A stretch of DNA of 64,000 nt from Tubiluchus corallicola (taxonomy: Eukaryota; Animalia; Priapulida). The position numbers and the translations under genes were made by a program. How positions within the stretch are numbered: the stretch's first letter is position 1; every line of letters begins with the position of its first letter. A model generated the notes under the pieces. That model did not search any database. It was not told the DNA's origin and worked only from the letters and a program-made list of their open reading frames with translations. Positions 21,843-36,163 of this stretch are shown in pieces. The stretch lies in the NCBI GenBank assembly GCA_030141605.1, contig JAQGDQ010000060.1, positions 620,001 to 684,000 of the forward strand. The letters are read 5' to 3'.

Positions 21843-23027
21843 TTGTAAGGTTCTTACACATAGCTAAACTAGATATTGCTGTAGTATAGTCTGTGGGAAG
21901 GGTTTCCTACCTATCACCCCTCCTTTCGTAATATACTATAACCTATCCATGCATAACATGATCTTGGAAAGTGCATGACACAGATATCCAGGGGAGTACA
22001 GTGTAACTGCTGAATCTGAAAGCAGCCAAAAATGCTTTAACTCTTAACTTTAACTTTACTTTACGAAAATGGTTAAAATCCTAAACTTGATTATAAGAGT
22101 CTTTGAAGCACTAAACTTGTGCACATCTACTATTTGACTGATCTAACATAAAGAGACTATCAGTGGTGATACCAAACTACTTCAGTTTTGATGTTGTGGA
22201 TGGAGCTTCATTCACACTGATGAGATGTTGGAACTCTCTACGATGTGTCTTATTCTAAACTACATGAAAATGCGTGACTAGCCACCAGTGTCCAGACGTT
22301 GTGGATTGTGGACGTATCCTGAGTCAACCACAGAGACTTGTGAGCCATTCCTTAGTTCATGTTTGATTGGTGCTGCAGCCGGCGTCATCACCGTTGATTG
22401 TTATGGCCATAGACTTGAAGTCGTTGATGTGTTGCTGTGACTGACTGGAGTGAGCTACGTCCGCGGACTCCTTTCCTATGTCCTTGTCCTCTCAGGGGAA
22501 GGGTTAACTGATAAGTAGACGTTTTGTTTTCTTTTCACTTTGTCATTTTTGTTATTATGCTTTTATGCGAAACTGTTATTGATAATTTAACCTGTTCTAA
22601 TTTATCTAAACAGAGTAAAAAGTGAATAAAAATAGTAAACATAATCATAATCTTTTCCTCCATTTCATATAAGATTTTGTTGTTGGTATGTTTGGAATCT
22701 ATGTATGTCATGGTCAACATGGAAAACCATAACGCCTAAGTAGACCCCCGTAAAACGTAACATCAAGCCTTAGACCCGCTGGTTTTTCAAGTGAGCCCTT
22801 CGACATTGCAACCTCACTAAAGATATATTAATTATACCTGTGTCGTTGAATTTTGGTTCATATGCCTTGTTGCCCTCTGGAAAATTGTAGGACAACAACC
22901 GCCCACGTATGTTGCACAACCCTTTTATTGTGAATAAAAGATGACGCGACAGGGTAGTCAGATTTGTGGATGAGTTGGGAGGTAAAGAGTTGCACCCCCA
23001 CCATAAAAATCTACTAGCTCCCAACAA

Positions 23028-23653
23028 CAATACAATACAATACAATACAATACAATACAATACAATACAATACAATACAATACAATACAATACAATACAA
23101 TACAATACAATACAATACAATACAATACAATACAATACAATACAATACAATACAATACAATACAATACAATACAATTCAATACAATACAATACAATACAA
23201 TACAATACAATACAATACAATACAATACAATACAATACAATACAATACAATACAATACAATACAATACAATACAATACAATACAATACAATACAATACAA
23301 TACAATACAATACAATACAATACAATACAATACAATACAATACAATACAATACAATACAATACAATGCAATGCAATGCAATGCAATACAATACAATACAA
23401 TACAATACAATACAATACAATACAATACAATACAATACAATACAATACAATACAATACAATACAATACAATACAATACAATACAATACAATACAATACAA
23501 TACAATACAATACAATACAATACAATACAATAAAAATCAATACAGTATAATATAATATAATACAACACAACACAATGCAATGCAATGCAATGCAATACAA
23601 TACAATACAATACAATGCAATCAAATACAATACAATACAATACAATACAATAC
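23028..23653. repeat. (CAATA)n pentanucleotide satellite, about 625 bp
   Basis: Direct inspection. Confidence 0.98.
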
Positions 23654-24906
23654 AGTAAACCTAAACACTTGGTTTAGCATCAGTGAAATAAATAAAGTTC
23701 CGAATAAAGTAATAATCATCTTACCTGTTGCTAGTAAACGTTGTTGTTGTTATGTCCAGTGATATTCTCATTTCAGAAGCATGTTTCTTGAAGGGTACAG
23801 GAAACGTTGTTAGCTGAACAGTATCTTCATATAGAAGCCATACAAGCTATAACAGCAACAGCTAAATGAAGTTTCATATTAATGCTTCGGAAGTTGTAAA
23901 GTTGTAATCATAAAATGGAATTATTATCATTTTTGTGACGACGAAGATTGCAGCTAATTAGCTATTGTTATCAAGTCGGTTAAATGATTATGCTGCATAG
24001 GCGACCAGTGTGTTGAAAGCTCATGGGAGTACAATTGCAATTTCAAATCATGTTGAACATTCACCATAGAAACACACAAAACACACTTTTGTAACGCCCT
24101 TGAGCATTACGTCAACGCATAAGATGCACAATGCTCAACCATGTATTAATTTCAACGTTTTCTTTGCATAGCGAAGTTTACTTTGTTCAAAGGACAAAAA
24201 TACTGAATGTATAGAGAACCAACAAAGAGAACCTCTGAAGGGAAAGTTGCACACGTGATGTTACGTCAAACGAAGCCATTTCTGAATCATTGCCAGGTAA
24301 CAAAGCTTGCTCTTTGACTATGAAAAACTGCTTAAATATGTTCATTGTTAAAACTAATGTACTAATAATTGTAGTTTAAAGTATCCACACTATGAAATTT
24401 CTCTATACCAATACAGATAGATAAAAACTCATAAAGATAAAGTAGAAAACTACATTATCTACTTTTAGCATAAATATATAGTATGCATACTTTGAACTAT
24501 AATTATTAGTTTTTCTCTGTACTAGAGATTTTGTATTTTAGCAATTTTACTAATTTTAATAATTTTGCTATTTCAATTCAAGTGCAAATTCATTAAGTTT
24601 TATATCGGAATCGCTTTCTTAGATTAATTTATACTAAAAGTACATGTCATATTTGTCTCTGTGCTAGATTGTAAGATATCTTTTTGTATTTGTATTTATC
24701 GATTGATTTTATAATAATTTTTAAGGCGCTTTTTCTAAATCCTTCATTGGGTACCCCTTTCTTGTTTTTAAAGTTTAACAAGTGAATAAGTTTACATTTA
24801 TATACGAAGTTAAAATTTTTGCTATAGCATAAATCAAACTCGTTATAGTCTAAGGCTTTATATAAAACACAGAAATAGTTTTCTGTCTGATAATAAGGCT
24901 GTTTAA

Positions 24907-26285
24907 AGGAAAAGTCAAGCTTTTTAAGCGGTTAGACTTATTTCAATGTTCGCAAAAAATGTTAGAAGGATTTAGTAATAAAACTGCAATAAGCGCCTCG
25001 TGTAACTAATAAAATCACTTTAATGTCGTGATCACTTCATGCTTGGGCGCTCCCATTTTCAATGTCCATTCTTCTTCCAATGACTTCATTTGTCTTAAAG
25101 AAAAGTAGTGCTTCGTCAAAAGCTTCGTCAAAAGTATTGTTGCGCTGGCAAAATGGCATTTATTTTTTACCACTCCCCTATTCATTGTGATGGTTTGATC
25201 CATTACGAAGCCATTGCATAACAGCACTGCATAGCAGCTATAAGAATGGCTTCATCGGTTCAGTCGGCAGGTGGACAGGTGCGTTTATCACCTAAGCACC
25301 TGTTCCGTGGTCACAATCAGCATGTGAAACGCAGGGAAAGATCTGACAAGTTTTCATCTTACTTTTCTGTTTACATTTTTATATTTCTTTTTTTTATTTT
25401 CACATCCACAACGTTTGTCTGCAACATGGTTTGGCTGATCTAGATTTGAGCCCTTGACCATTTGGCCGCCACCGTAACAGTATAATAAGTTTTCACAAAA
25501 TAATTAGATAACTAATTTTGTAATATTTTTACGTGAACATTGCGTAAGCTGCATAAATTTGAAGTAGTTTAAGCTGTGCGCTTTTGGAAAGCCACGAAGT
25601 CTCCCAGTTACGTAATGATTTTCAAGTGAATGGCGGCAACCATCACGCCTGAAAAATTGTATTCAGCAGTAGTCGATTTTAAATCTAGGCTCTTTGCCAA
25701 TTTCGTTTATTATATTTTTTAAAACTTTAAGTGATGACAGTAAAATAGATTTAGATATTTATTTATTAGTGTCAAAAATACATACAAGACATACATACAA
25801 TTTCAGTTTTGAAATATACAAAAAAACAAGACATATATAATTTCAATTTTGAAATATACAAAAAACAAGACATGTATACAATTTCAATTTTGAAATATAC
25901 AAAAACCAAGACATATATACAATTTCAATTTTGAAATATACAAAAACCAAGACATATATACAATTTCAATTTTGAAATATACAAAAAACACGACATATAT
26001 AATTTCAATTTTGAAATATACAAAAAACAAGACATATACACAATTTCAATTTTGAAATATACAAGAAACAAGACATATATACAATTTCAATTTTGAAATA
26101 TACAAAAAACAAGACATATACACAATTTCAATTTTGAAATATACAAAAAACAAGACATATATACACTTTCAATTTTGAAATATACAAAAAACAAGACATA
26201 TACAATTTCAATTATGAAATATAATAACACTATAATTATGCAAAAAAAATAATGACCCAACATGCTAAGTGAATTGTTATTTCCT
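24907..26285. mobile_element. Kolobok-type MITE (family B) carrying a 41-bp tandem array
   Basis: TTAA|AGGAA...TTCCT|TTAA; homologous in inverted orientation to 32407-32943. Confidence 0.7.
25785..26222. repeat. About 41-bp AT-rich tandem repeat, about 10 copies
   Basis: Unit CAATTTCAATTTTGAAATATACAAAAAACAAGACATATATA. Confidence 0.93.
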
Positions 26286-27107
26286 TTAAAGAACGAAGTT
26301 TTCATATAGTATGAGCTCGGGTAACTGGGATAGTTCGCATAAACCGGACAAATAGTTTTGCACCAGTTCCGTCAAGCAATGAATTTACTGCATGATTTGT
26401 ACGTTACTCTACTCCTTTAACTGCTTGAACAATTTCCTGATTAATGCCCAGAATTTACGGAGACCAACAGCTAGAGAGGGTTTGCTTGCTGATATAACGT
26501 TATTAACATTAAGGGTTATAAATAAACGTTATGACGCTAGTAACGCTAATAAATAAAACAAATCGAATTGACGACACACTATGAAACATGACGTTCGAAA
26601 GTACCTTGTTATCAATGATGATTTCTATAAATGTTGACATTGTAATAATGGTAACCATCTCCTCGTCCAATTTAGAAAACTCTGCTCCACCTGCCGCCAC
26701 TGTTGCAAAAGAGAACGACAGTATAATAGCGTATGGATTTTGAAGTAACATACATTTCAATGCCACCTTAATACAACTAATACTGTGCTTTGTACTGCTG
26801 TTGAGTTAGGAAGCTTAAGTTTGTTTAGTTAATGAATTATAATTCTAATTAGTAATCCATATTTTAACCATTTTACAATAAAATACTAGCTATTAAATAT
26901 TAACTTTTAATTGTTTGAACCAACTACCAATAATAATAATAATAACAAAGAGATTAAGATTTTACACACGCTTCTTACGCATTATTCGCCACAATCGTAT
27001 TTTCATTGGCATTCAGATAGTTTAGTCGTAAGGGATGATCTGAAATCGGAAAAAATGCGATTATCGATTGTAAATCGAGGTGTAAATGCAGCCTGGCAAA
27101 TACAAGC

Positions 27108-29334
27108 ATGATGGCGGCAATTACATTTCCCAAACTTTTTTACGTGCAAAAGAGTTTTTGTAAGTTAATGCATAGCAGTATAAGGTACTTTATATATTTT
27201 ATTGGCCGTCTTAAAAGAAATAACAGCTGAGAATCCTTTATTTTGCATAGAATCACGAGCTAAACACCTGTTCCTTGTTAAGCATGCTAAGTGACTGTCT
27301 CTTGTTCATAATCATAAGCAGGCGAGATTTGAACTAAGAACCTTGCGATCGCATGTTGCTGCGAAATCTTAGGTCAATCATGGCAAGCTCACAATTTTTG
27401 AGTGCCTGCCTTCATTAATTAATGATTATTGTTAAATTGTTTCTTCTGTGCAGTTTTTGTTCTTTCCAGAAGCATTTAGTCGATTTACTTAGCATCATGG
27501 AGTTGGACTCGTGAACTCAGTTTTATAACTTTGATGCAATAAGTAGTTTGTTATTTCCAATGGCCTGTGAAGTCTCAGTGCCAATTCATTAGTGTGACGA
27601 TATAATAGATGACCTTGAGTCCAAATTTTTAATATCATGCATTTGTTTTCAGGGTTTGTGTTCACACTACTAGCGTGCTGGAGAAACAGACTGCTCATCA
27701 CTTAGAAGGATTTCCCACTCTGCCGAAGAAGCCGGCCAACCCCTTTTCGCTGTTTGTTCAAGAAAACAAGGAATTTTTTAAAGGGGGTATGTCGCTATAT
27801 TTGAGAGGAGTTTTTTAATTATCTGCATAGTAGATGACTAGCTACGTGACTTGCTTTACAATTTGTTCATGATGCGAGGGTACTGTGCATGTACTGTACT
27901 TGTTTCTGACTTGCTTTACAATTTGTTCATGATGCGAGGGTACTGTACGTGTTCGTGACTTGCTTTACAATTTGTTCGTGTTGCGAGAGTACTGCAATTT
28001 GTTCGTGTTGCGAGGGTACTGTACACGTACTGTATGTGTTTGTGACTTCCTTTACAATTTGTTCGTGATGCGAGGGTACTGTACACATACTGTACCTGTT
28101 CGTGACTCGCTTTACAATTTGTTCGTGATGCGAGGGTACTGTATGTGTTCGTGACTTCCTTTACAATATGTTCGTGATGCGAGGGTACTGTACGTGTTCG
28201 TGACTTCCTTTACAATATGTTCGTGATGCGAGGGTACTGTACATATACTGTACGCGTTCAGACTAGCGAATTTTCTTTCACGAGTTTCTTTCTAATGGCA
28301 AACTCGCAAGTGTGAACTGCTTTGCGAGTTACCATTGGCAAGAAATTAGAAACCCTCTAACAGTTGCTGGAAGTTGATTCACTGTCTAGTGTGAACACAG
28401 CAGAATGCTTCAGCAAGTTAATGTCGACGCTTTTTGGAGTGAATAAAGAAGTGGATGTTGGCTCACGCTTGCTGTTGGAGAGTAATTTGCAGAAGTTTTG
28501 TTCTCTAGTCTGAACACGACTGTGTTTTACTTGGCGAGTAAACGCCTAGTCTATGCTGTAAAATGTAATCCGTAATTGTCATGTTGCATAAACCAACATA
28601 GCCTAAAGATAACAGAGAAAAATAAATTCTAGTGTAATGCAATGTTTTTTTTAATTTCTCCAGCGTGTTACTGCAGTTCAAACTTATTGCTTCACAAAAC
28701 TGCTTTTTAATGATATGCAATGCTTTTTCCTGAAGAGTATGTAGGTGGGTGCTTGATTGTTACTTTTGAGCCTGTGTTTGTCTGATCTGCATACTTCCAA
28801 GAGGCAAATTTAACTTCCTTAGAAACACAATGATTAAGTTAGTCAGTACTGTAAGTGCAATACTAGTATTTACTAGGTTAATGCATTGTAAATCTGCAGC
28901 AAAGGTTGTGTGATTTTGCATTAGTTGCGTGTGCATTTTAAGTCGTTTTGATTTTATAGGTCAACTCAGAAAAGGCTTTCCACCAGAATTATTGTCTAAA
29001 TGGACCAACATGGATGAATCAAAGAAACAGGTGCGTCCACGTACATTCACGAATGTCTTGCATTGTTTTACTCTGCAGAAACAGAATTACATTTGATCAC
29101 CTGGGATGTGCTGTTCTGTGTTATTTGGTTATACAGTTGTATTGTGTATTTTATCTGACGTGAACAATTTATCAAAATTGAAATTAAGAATGAGTCTGTG
29201 GAGTTTTTGGTTCACACTAGTAATAACCATTTGAAGAAGGAACCATCCGTATTGTTTGATAGCTTGCCTGAAGTTTTTAAATCATTTTTAGTTTGTATCA
29301 TATCAAAGAGAAAGTAATGTTGGTGTCTATCTCC

Positions 29335-29391
<57 letters not shown>

Positions 29392-32300
29392 CTTCCTTTT
29401 TCTCGTATGTACAATCTCTCCGTATCTTTCTTTTCATGCATGCTTCATTTTTTTGTAATATTTAGGAAATGGCCCTGGAGTTCAAGGAAAAGATGAAGGA
29501 ATGGAAGGAAAACTGTGATAACATTCTGTCTCGACTGAGTGAAGAGGAGCGCAAACAGTTCCATACAGTCCGACTAAAAGATCACCGACAACGAATCCGC
29601 GAGAAAAAGCGTCGGAAATTAAAAAAGGTGAATTGTTAACTTTCTTGGCGAGCAAGTGTCTAGCACTAAACGGAAAATTGTGACAGGTGCAAATCCAATG
29701 CAACCATTACCAAGAGTAATCCACTACAAACCCTTTTTTCCTCTACAATTCTCTGAACTGGCAGATGTGTCTTAGCAACGTTTAGATGCACACACACGCA
29801 CACACGCATGTGCGTGCTTACAGTCAGAGAGAGCCCTAAATTATGCAAAAGCCTAAAAGTTTTGGTCGTGAAATGAAAAGCCACGTTGACTAAAAATAGA
29901 TGATTCTAGTCTGAAATGTTTCACTGCCAGTACCTTTGTCTCCATATCAGGGTACAGTCTTGTGGGTTTCATGCATTTTTCTTTCTATTTTTTCAGGTAG
30001 AGAAAGAGTTTGGAAAACCGAAGGCAAACCGCCCGGCTTTCTTATTCTTCATGTCGGATCATTTTGATCGCAGTAAAGCGGGTAAAGAGGGTTCTCTCAC
30101 AGCAACAGTGAGTTATTTTTTTGTTTTATTTGATGTGAAGAAAGTAAGAAAGATTTTTAGCTTGCTGTTTCTTTGCAAACGTATTTAAATTTAGTGTTAT
30201 GCAAATATGTGTAGTTATTTGCAAAAGTATTATATTTATTATGTGGAATGCCTGTACAAGATGGCTGAAATTAATGAAAGGAAAATTCTAAACTTAGATT
30301 TTTAGAATTTAGAGTCTCCATGATGATCTGCATTGTCATATATGCCATATAAAGACAGAAAGAGAAAAGATACTAAGGATTGCTTATACCAAAAAACTAA
30401 AACATTTTTTTATATAATTCTTGAACAAGTCAAGTAAGATAGACTTAATGTTACTGACGATATTCGTTGCGAGATCTTGCTGATACGTAATTTACAATTA
30501 GTCGGTAAAACCGGGTTCCCTGAACTTTCAAATTTTTCTGTAATTATAAAAGATTTATACACTTTTGTTCCTGTAAACATGTATTCATTTTTTAAATTTG
30601 AGCAAAAAGTTGAAATTAAAATAAATGAAAAAGTTTGCGAAATTCATATATCGTTGAATATACGAATTTACATAGATTCACATTGATCAACTCATTTCTT
30701 CACGTCATTTTCATATAGCAAATCATTAAAAAGAAGCCTACAGTTATTTCTTACATTACAGCTATTGAGGCTAATTTTTAAATTTAATTATGTTTTCTTT
30801 CTACAGCAGACACAAGTGAAAGAGCTCAGCGTCAAATGGACATCGTTATCAGACTCAGAGAAGCAAGTAAGGATTATTCCTGTATGCTCATATCTCGGTT
30901 TACCAGACCTCGGGTTTTACAGATATGAGAAGAATCAGACAAAATCAGGACCGTTAACAGTCCAGCAAACTATGGACACAGTCCGTTGTTTCGCAAGCTG
31001 ACTGCTAGTTGGCGGGCCGTCACTTTGCTTACATCATTACGTCAGTGTAACCACGTGCATATCTCTATATATAAAAATAACGAGTCAATTATGTGGAGTT
31101 ATTTGAGTCAATTGCAGACAGTTTTTATATACTTTTGCATAGGAATGGCCTGTGCTAGACGCTTTTACCGTGAGTCTAATGCACGGCTCTTATTGTATTA
31201 GCTTAATATCGATAAATACGGACAATCTTTACATTCGGACTGATGTCTCCACGCTTTTATTTGGCAAACCGAGATATGAATATATATAGTCTTGAGTAAA
31301 TCAGTGATGTTATCGCTTATTATTATCAGCACTGTTAGCTGTATTTGTTATTAACCAATAGCTTCATAAATTAGCAAAATTGCCGTTAAAATGACTGTGC
31401 CTAGTGGTCACCGCGAGAGTTTAAATTTACAAATTTTACGTTCCGTTACTACTGACACAAACTTTACGTGCAATAAGACAGCATGTAAGTGATCAAAAAT
31501 TTCAAGATGAAGTTTTTAAGCTTTTTTTATACTTTGATACAGAAATATCATGAGAAGGCAAAAGCTGACGCGGAACGTTATGCCACCGAACTCCAGGAGT
31601 GGGAGGACAGCATGCTAGAACAAGGCAGATCAGACCTGCTGCGTAAGAACACCATGAAAACATTAGGATTGGCGACAGAAAAAAAAACAAAGAAAAAGAG
31701 GAAGCAAAAAAAGAAAAAGGCAAAGAAACTGGCTTTGAAGCAGAAGAAACATTTGGCAGAAGAAAAGCGTTTGGTACGTGAGTTGTATGTTTCAATAGGG
31801 ACTCATTTCGCTATTTTTGCAATTTTAATGCATCTTGTAGTTCACTGACTGTGATAGTAATAGACAATCACGGTCAGGAAAAATCCCGGAAAATCCTTGA
31901 AAATACAGGCAATCCTGGAAAGCCGGGAAAAAGACAATTTGGTAAAAAGTCAGAGAAAATTATGAAAATGGGGCAAAAAGTCCAGAAAATTGGAAAGAGT
32001 TACAAAAATAATCGCCGTGAACCGATTTTTTTTCCAAACAGGTTTTCCAGCGATTCGTGTTGAAATAAAATTTTGCTATGGCAGGCTCCCAGTTTCCACT
32101 TCTGTTCTAAAAATAATGATTGGAAAAAAAAAAAAACACACACCAACGTGCCACACATTATATATCAGTATATGTATGAACAAAAATGTTTAAATATGAA
32201 TACTGATAATGCAATTTCTGCTTACCTTCGTCATGGAAAATCAATATTTGGTCAGGGAGAAGTCAGGAAAATTTATTTTAAAATTCTGTGGGAACCCTGA

Positions 32301-35300
32301 TAATTTATGATTTATGTCTCATCCAGGTACAGCCGTCATGTGTAGCTACATTCAAGTTCTGTTTCACTGAATCTGTTGGTCGAGGCTTATGTATAATCTT
32401 TGTAAAAGGAGAGAACAATTCACTCCGTATGTTGGGTTTATTTTACTGTTATCACTTAAACTTAGAAAAATATAACAAAGAAATTTGCAAAGAACTGCCT
32501 ATAAAGCATAAATTTAAAATGTACTGCCTCTGAATAGAAATTTTCGGGCGTGGTGGTTGCCGCAATTCACTTAAAAATTATGACGTAACTGGGAGACTTC
32601 GTGACTTTCCGTAAACGCGGGCTGCTCATATTAATTCACACTTCTGCAGCTTAACCAATGTTCACACAAAATTATTACAAATTAGCTATCTAATTTTTTT
32701 CTAAAAACTTATTATACCTTTGCTGAAGATTGACAGTGCGCTAATTTTCTTGAAGACGAATGACATCGTTGGAAGAAGAATGGGTATTGAAAATGGGAGC
32801 GCCCAAACATGAAGTGATCGCGACTTTAAAATGATTTTACTAGTTAGACGAGACGCTTATTGTAGCTTTATTACTAAATCATTCTAACATTTTTGTACGA
32901 ACAATGAAATAAGCCTAACCTCCTATAAAGGTTGACCTTTCCTTTAATATGTCGAACTACAGTTTAGTGTTTGAAGACCTTCTACTTTAGTTAATTCACT
33001 TTATTTTTATAATTTGTTGTTTGTGTGTCCCATGGTTAATGTCATAAGGCATTTAGTTAACTATGTTGACCCATTGCTTAAAAAATGTACATGTTTATTG
33101 TGATAACTTTATAAGCTATGGTTAAACTGACGTAATTCAGTGTTTTTTCGCTACTTCCATTTGAATCACTGTTATTGTAATGTATTGTACCTGCTTTTTA
33201 AATCTTTGTCCCCATTTGCTTAGTGCTCACAGTTCTGTTGCATCATTGTGGATACCTAAGCTTTGGAATAAAGTGGGAAAATAATGTGCACATTATTTCA
33301 TTTTTCCAGAAAAATGTGGAAATGGGAAAGCCTAAGCGACCACTATCCATGTTTAGCTTGTTTATGCAAGACAGGGCGGCAGAAAGAACACCGGATGATA
33401 TGCCTGGAGTAAGAATTTTTTCTGGCCCATTTCTTGCTAATAGAACAGCTTGCCCATAGGAGTCTTGTAAAGTTGCTATTTATTGAACAATACTCGGGTT
33501 GGTCCGGAGATTTTTTCTTTGTAAATTGTCAATTCTAACTTGGCAGTTTTCTTAGATGAGAATTTTAAAGGAAATCACTTTACAGATTACAGAATGAAAT
33601 CCACACCTAAACTGTAAACAGTCACATTCAATTTTGCTCTGTGCTCATGTCTTTTTGTTTACATTGTATGGTCTATTTATACGCAACTGCATCAGATTAC
33701 ACAAAGTCATTGCATACATGCAGTATTAATAATAACGCCAGGGTCACATAAGGTCGTCATAGTTATCCATTGACTCAGTTATTAGATCTACCAAGAATAA
33801 GAAACATTTTAATAGCGCTCTAACAGCTCGCCTCGAATTTTAAAATGACTCATCTGCATATTTGAAAAGACAAGAGCTGTTCCGGTGATGTTATATGCGT
33901 GCTTGCACAGCATCATCATCCGTAATTTGGCATTTAATTTTTTCTAGTTATTCACACGTCCTGGGTCTCCATTTCATGAGGATCATTTTGATACAAAGCT
34001 CTATGTTATTTCTAAGCTGAGATAATCAACGTTGAAGTTGAGTTGCACGCTATGCACTGAAAAACATAATCTTGAGTAAATCACTGTTATAGTCGGCCAT
34101 TGTTTTCTATCGCATATCTACAAAACATTTAGCAACATCGCAAATGTTGGTTGCTACGGACTTTACAAGAACACATTGAAACTATATTTAAATCCAGTAG
34201 ATGGCTCTTTCTGACAAAGATATGGGCTTGGCAACAAAAAAAAACCCGAAGCAAAATGACAGCTTCCATGCGCTTTTTACAATTACAGTACTAGTTTCTA
34301 GATAAGAAATTGACATTTGAACAAATTTTTGGTGCATTCTACTTTGAAGTATCATAACGTAGTTTTAACTAAGTCGACTTATGAACGGTTTTGGTTTGCA
34401 AACACACATATAATCTTTATTTATTGAAAGTGGACAAAACAGTTATAAGTCTCTTCACAGAATCATTTTCTGCTCGTTGTCTCAAAAAACGAGAAGTAAA
34501 CCATTTGCATTATTTTTACAGCATTTTCTCAAGCATTGCGCTGACCAGTGGGCAATGATGCCAGCTAGCGAGAAACAGGTAACTGTTTATTTGTTTGTAC
34601 TGGACTCCAACTATTTGTTCCAGGTTTGTACGTGTCTGCGTTCAACAACTTTTTTGCTTTCCAGATTTTCTATATTTGATGTTGAGCTACAGTTCATAAA
34701 TCAACATTAAATTTAATTTATCGTGATATTGTTGATTATCAATAATAAATTATCGTCGTGTTTTGATTTGATGTAATTAAGAATTATGAAATTCTTTCAT
34801 TATGAAATAATTTTAAAGATTTATTTCAGCCATACAGGGCCCCTTTACAATGCCAGCCTCGCCTAATACCCAAATTTTTAGCAGAACAAATATCTATATT
34901 TGCATAGACATGTATGTATAAATGCACCTCGTCATAATGCCAAACTCGCTTAGCGCCAACTTTTTTGGCAATTCCAAAGTAGATGGCGTAAAGATGTTAG
35001 ACTGTATACCATTTAAATGACACAGAGACTTGACTGTTAAAGCAAGACAGGATGATTTTTTAAAAATATCCCATTTTCAAATCCGACAAAAGTATACATT
35101 TTAATACAATTAATACTGCAAAAGTATTTCTGATGATTAAATAATAAATTAAAAACTTAATTACAGCGGGTGAGCCCAACTATTTATGACATCACAAACT
35201 AGCATAATTTTCGACAGCAAATATATTCCATGAGCGTGTTGAACGTATTTGTGAAAGTGAAAGTTAAAGTACAGTGCTACTGTCAGATATTCAATGTGTT

Positions 35301-36163
35301 GTACTAAAACTAGGTAAGTTTTAAGATAAAGATTCAAATTTACCGCTGTGCTTGTGCATGAGCTGTCGAACGTGTGCAGTTCGTCAGAAACACACATCTG
35401 AACTGAGATGTACAGCACCTGCTTTTGTACAATGCGTTTCTGAAATGCAGGCGCTAGTGCCCGTCTAACAAGCGAATGGCGAAATGCGTGTAACAGCGAA
35501 GAACTAGTGGCGAGAACGTGAATTTGTGTTTGTGTGATAATAATTCGTTCAAGTAAGTCATTTTGGAAAAAATAGTTTGTTTCCTTTCAGTATTTTAGCG
35601 AGTAGATTGTTTTGACCTAAGGTCTGGTTTTGCTTTGAAGCCTCAAAGTCGCTTGAGCACCTGAGTTACACAAAATTGCAGCACATAATAGCAAATCGCA
35701 AAAAAGTTACAGATACATGAAATAAACCATAAGCATTTCGTATTTTGTGCATAATTTACGTTAATCGTTTAAACGGAACTCAGTAAGGCTATGTGAGTAA
35801 CAAACGTGACCTTTATTAGGCCTTGCACTGCATTGCATATGACCCAGATTGCCCAGAGGAAATATTTCTTCTGGGACAGAATATGTTTAACAAGGTAGAA
35901 AATATGATAATCAAGGGAACATATTTATTCATGAATTACAAAATTTGGACTTATCATAACATTCAAACTTGCAAGAAACTTTCTATAAACATTTCGTGAT
36001 TTTACAGATGTACCAAAATAAGGCCAAAGCAGAAAGCAAAAAATACGAGGAGGACTTAGCCGAGTGGGAAGACAGGATGATAGAGGAAGGGCACATGGAC
36101 CTCGTTCGAGAGAAAGTGCTAGCAAAAATTAAGAAACATGACGAAGAACTGCATTCCGAATAG
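27108..36163 (+). CDS. TFAM: Mitochondrial transcription factor A with three HMG boxes (10 exons, about 385 aa)
   Basis: Exons 27108-27184, 27653-27786, 28960-29030, 29466-29627, 29997-30107, 30807-30866, 31543-31773, 33310-33408, 34522-34578, 36008-36163 splice in frame. Presequence-like N-terminus; HMG boxes PKKPANPFSLFV, GKPKANRPAFLFFM, GKPKRPLSMFSLFM; TFAM tail motif twice (WEDSMLEQGRSDLLR, WEDRMIEEGHMDLVR). Confidence 0.9.
27846..28258. repeat. Imperfect tandem repeat, about 48-62 bp units (TFAM intron 2)
   Basis: Recurring GTGACTTGCTTTACAATTTGTTCGTGATGCGAGGGTACTGTAC. Confidence 0.9.
29339..29387. repeat. (CT)n microsatellite
   Basis: Direct inspection. Confidence 0.95.
30888..31279. 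mobile_element. Inverted-repeat MITE in TFAM intron 6
   Basis: TCATATCTCGGTTTACCA ... TGGCAAACCGAGATATGA subterminal inverted repeats. Confidence 0.5.
32407..32943. mobile_element. Kolobok-type MITE (family B), internally deleted, inverted relative to 24907-26285
   Basis: Shared blocks such as GAAAATGGGAGCGCCCAA.CATGAAGTGATC; ends CCT|TTAA. Confidence 0.7.
35041..35634. mobile_element. Kolobok-type MITE (family A), uninterrupted copy
   Basis: TTAA|AG start; reverse-complement match to 7538-7655 plus 9220-9730. Further fragments at about 10255-10325 and about 16885-16955. Confidence 0.75.
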
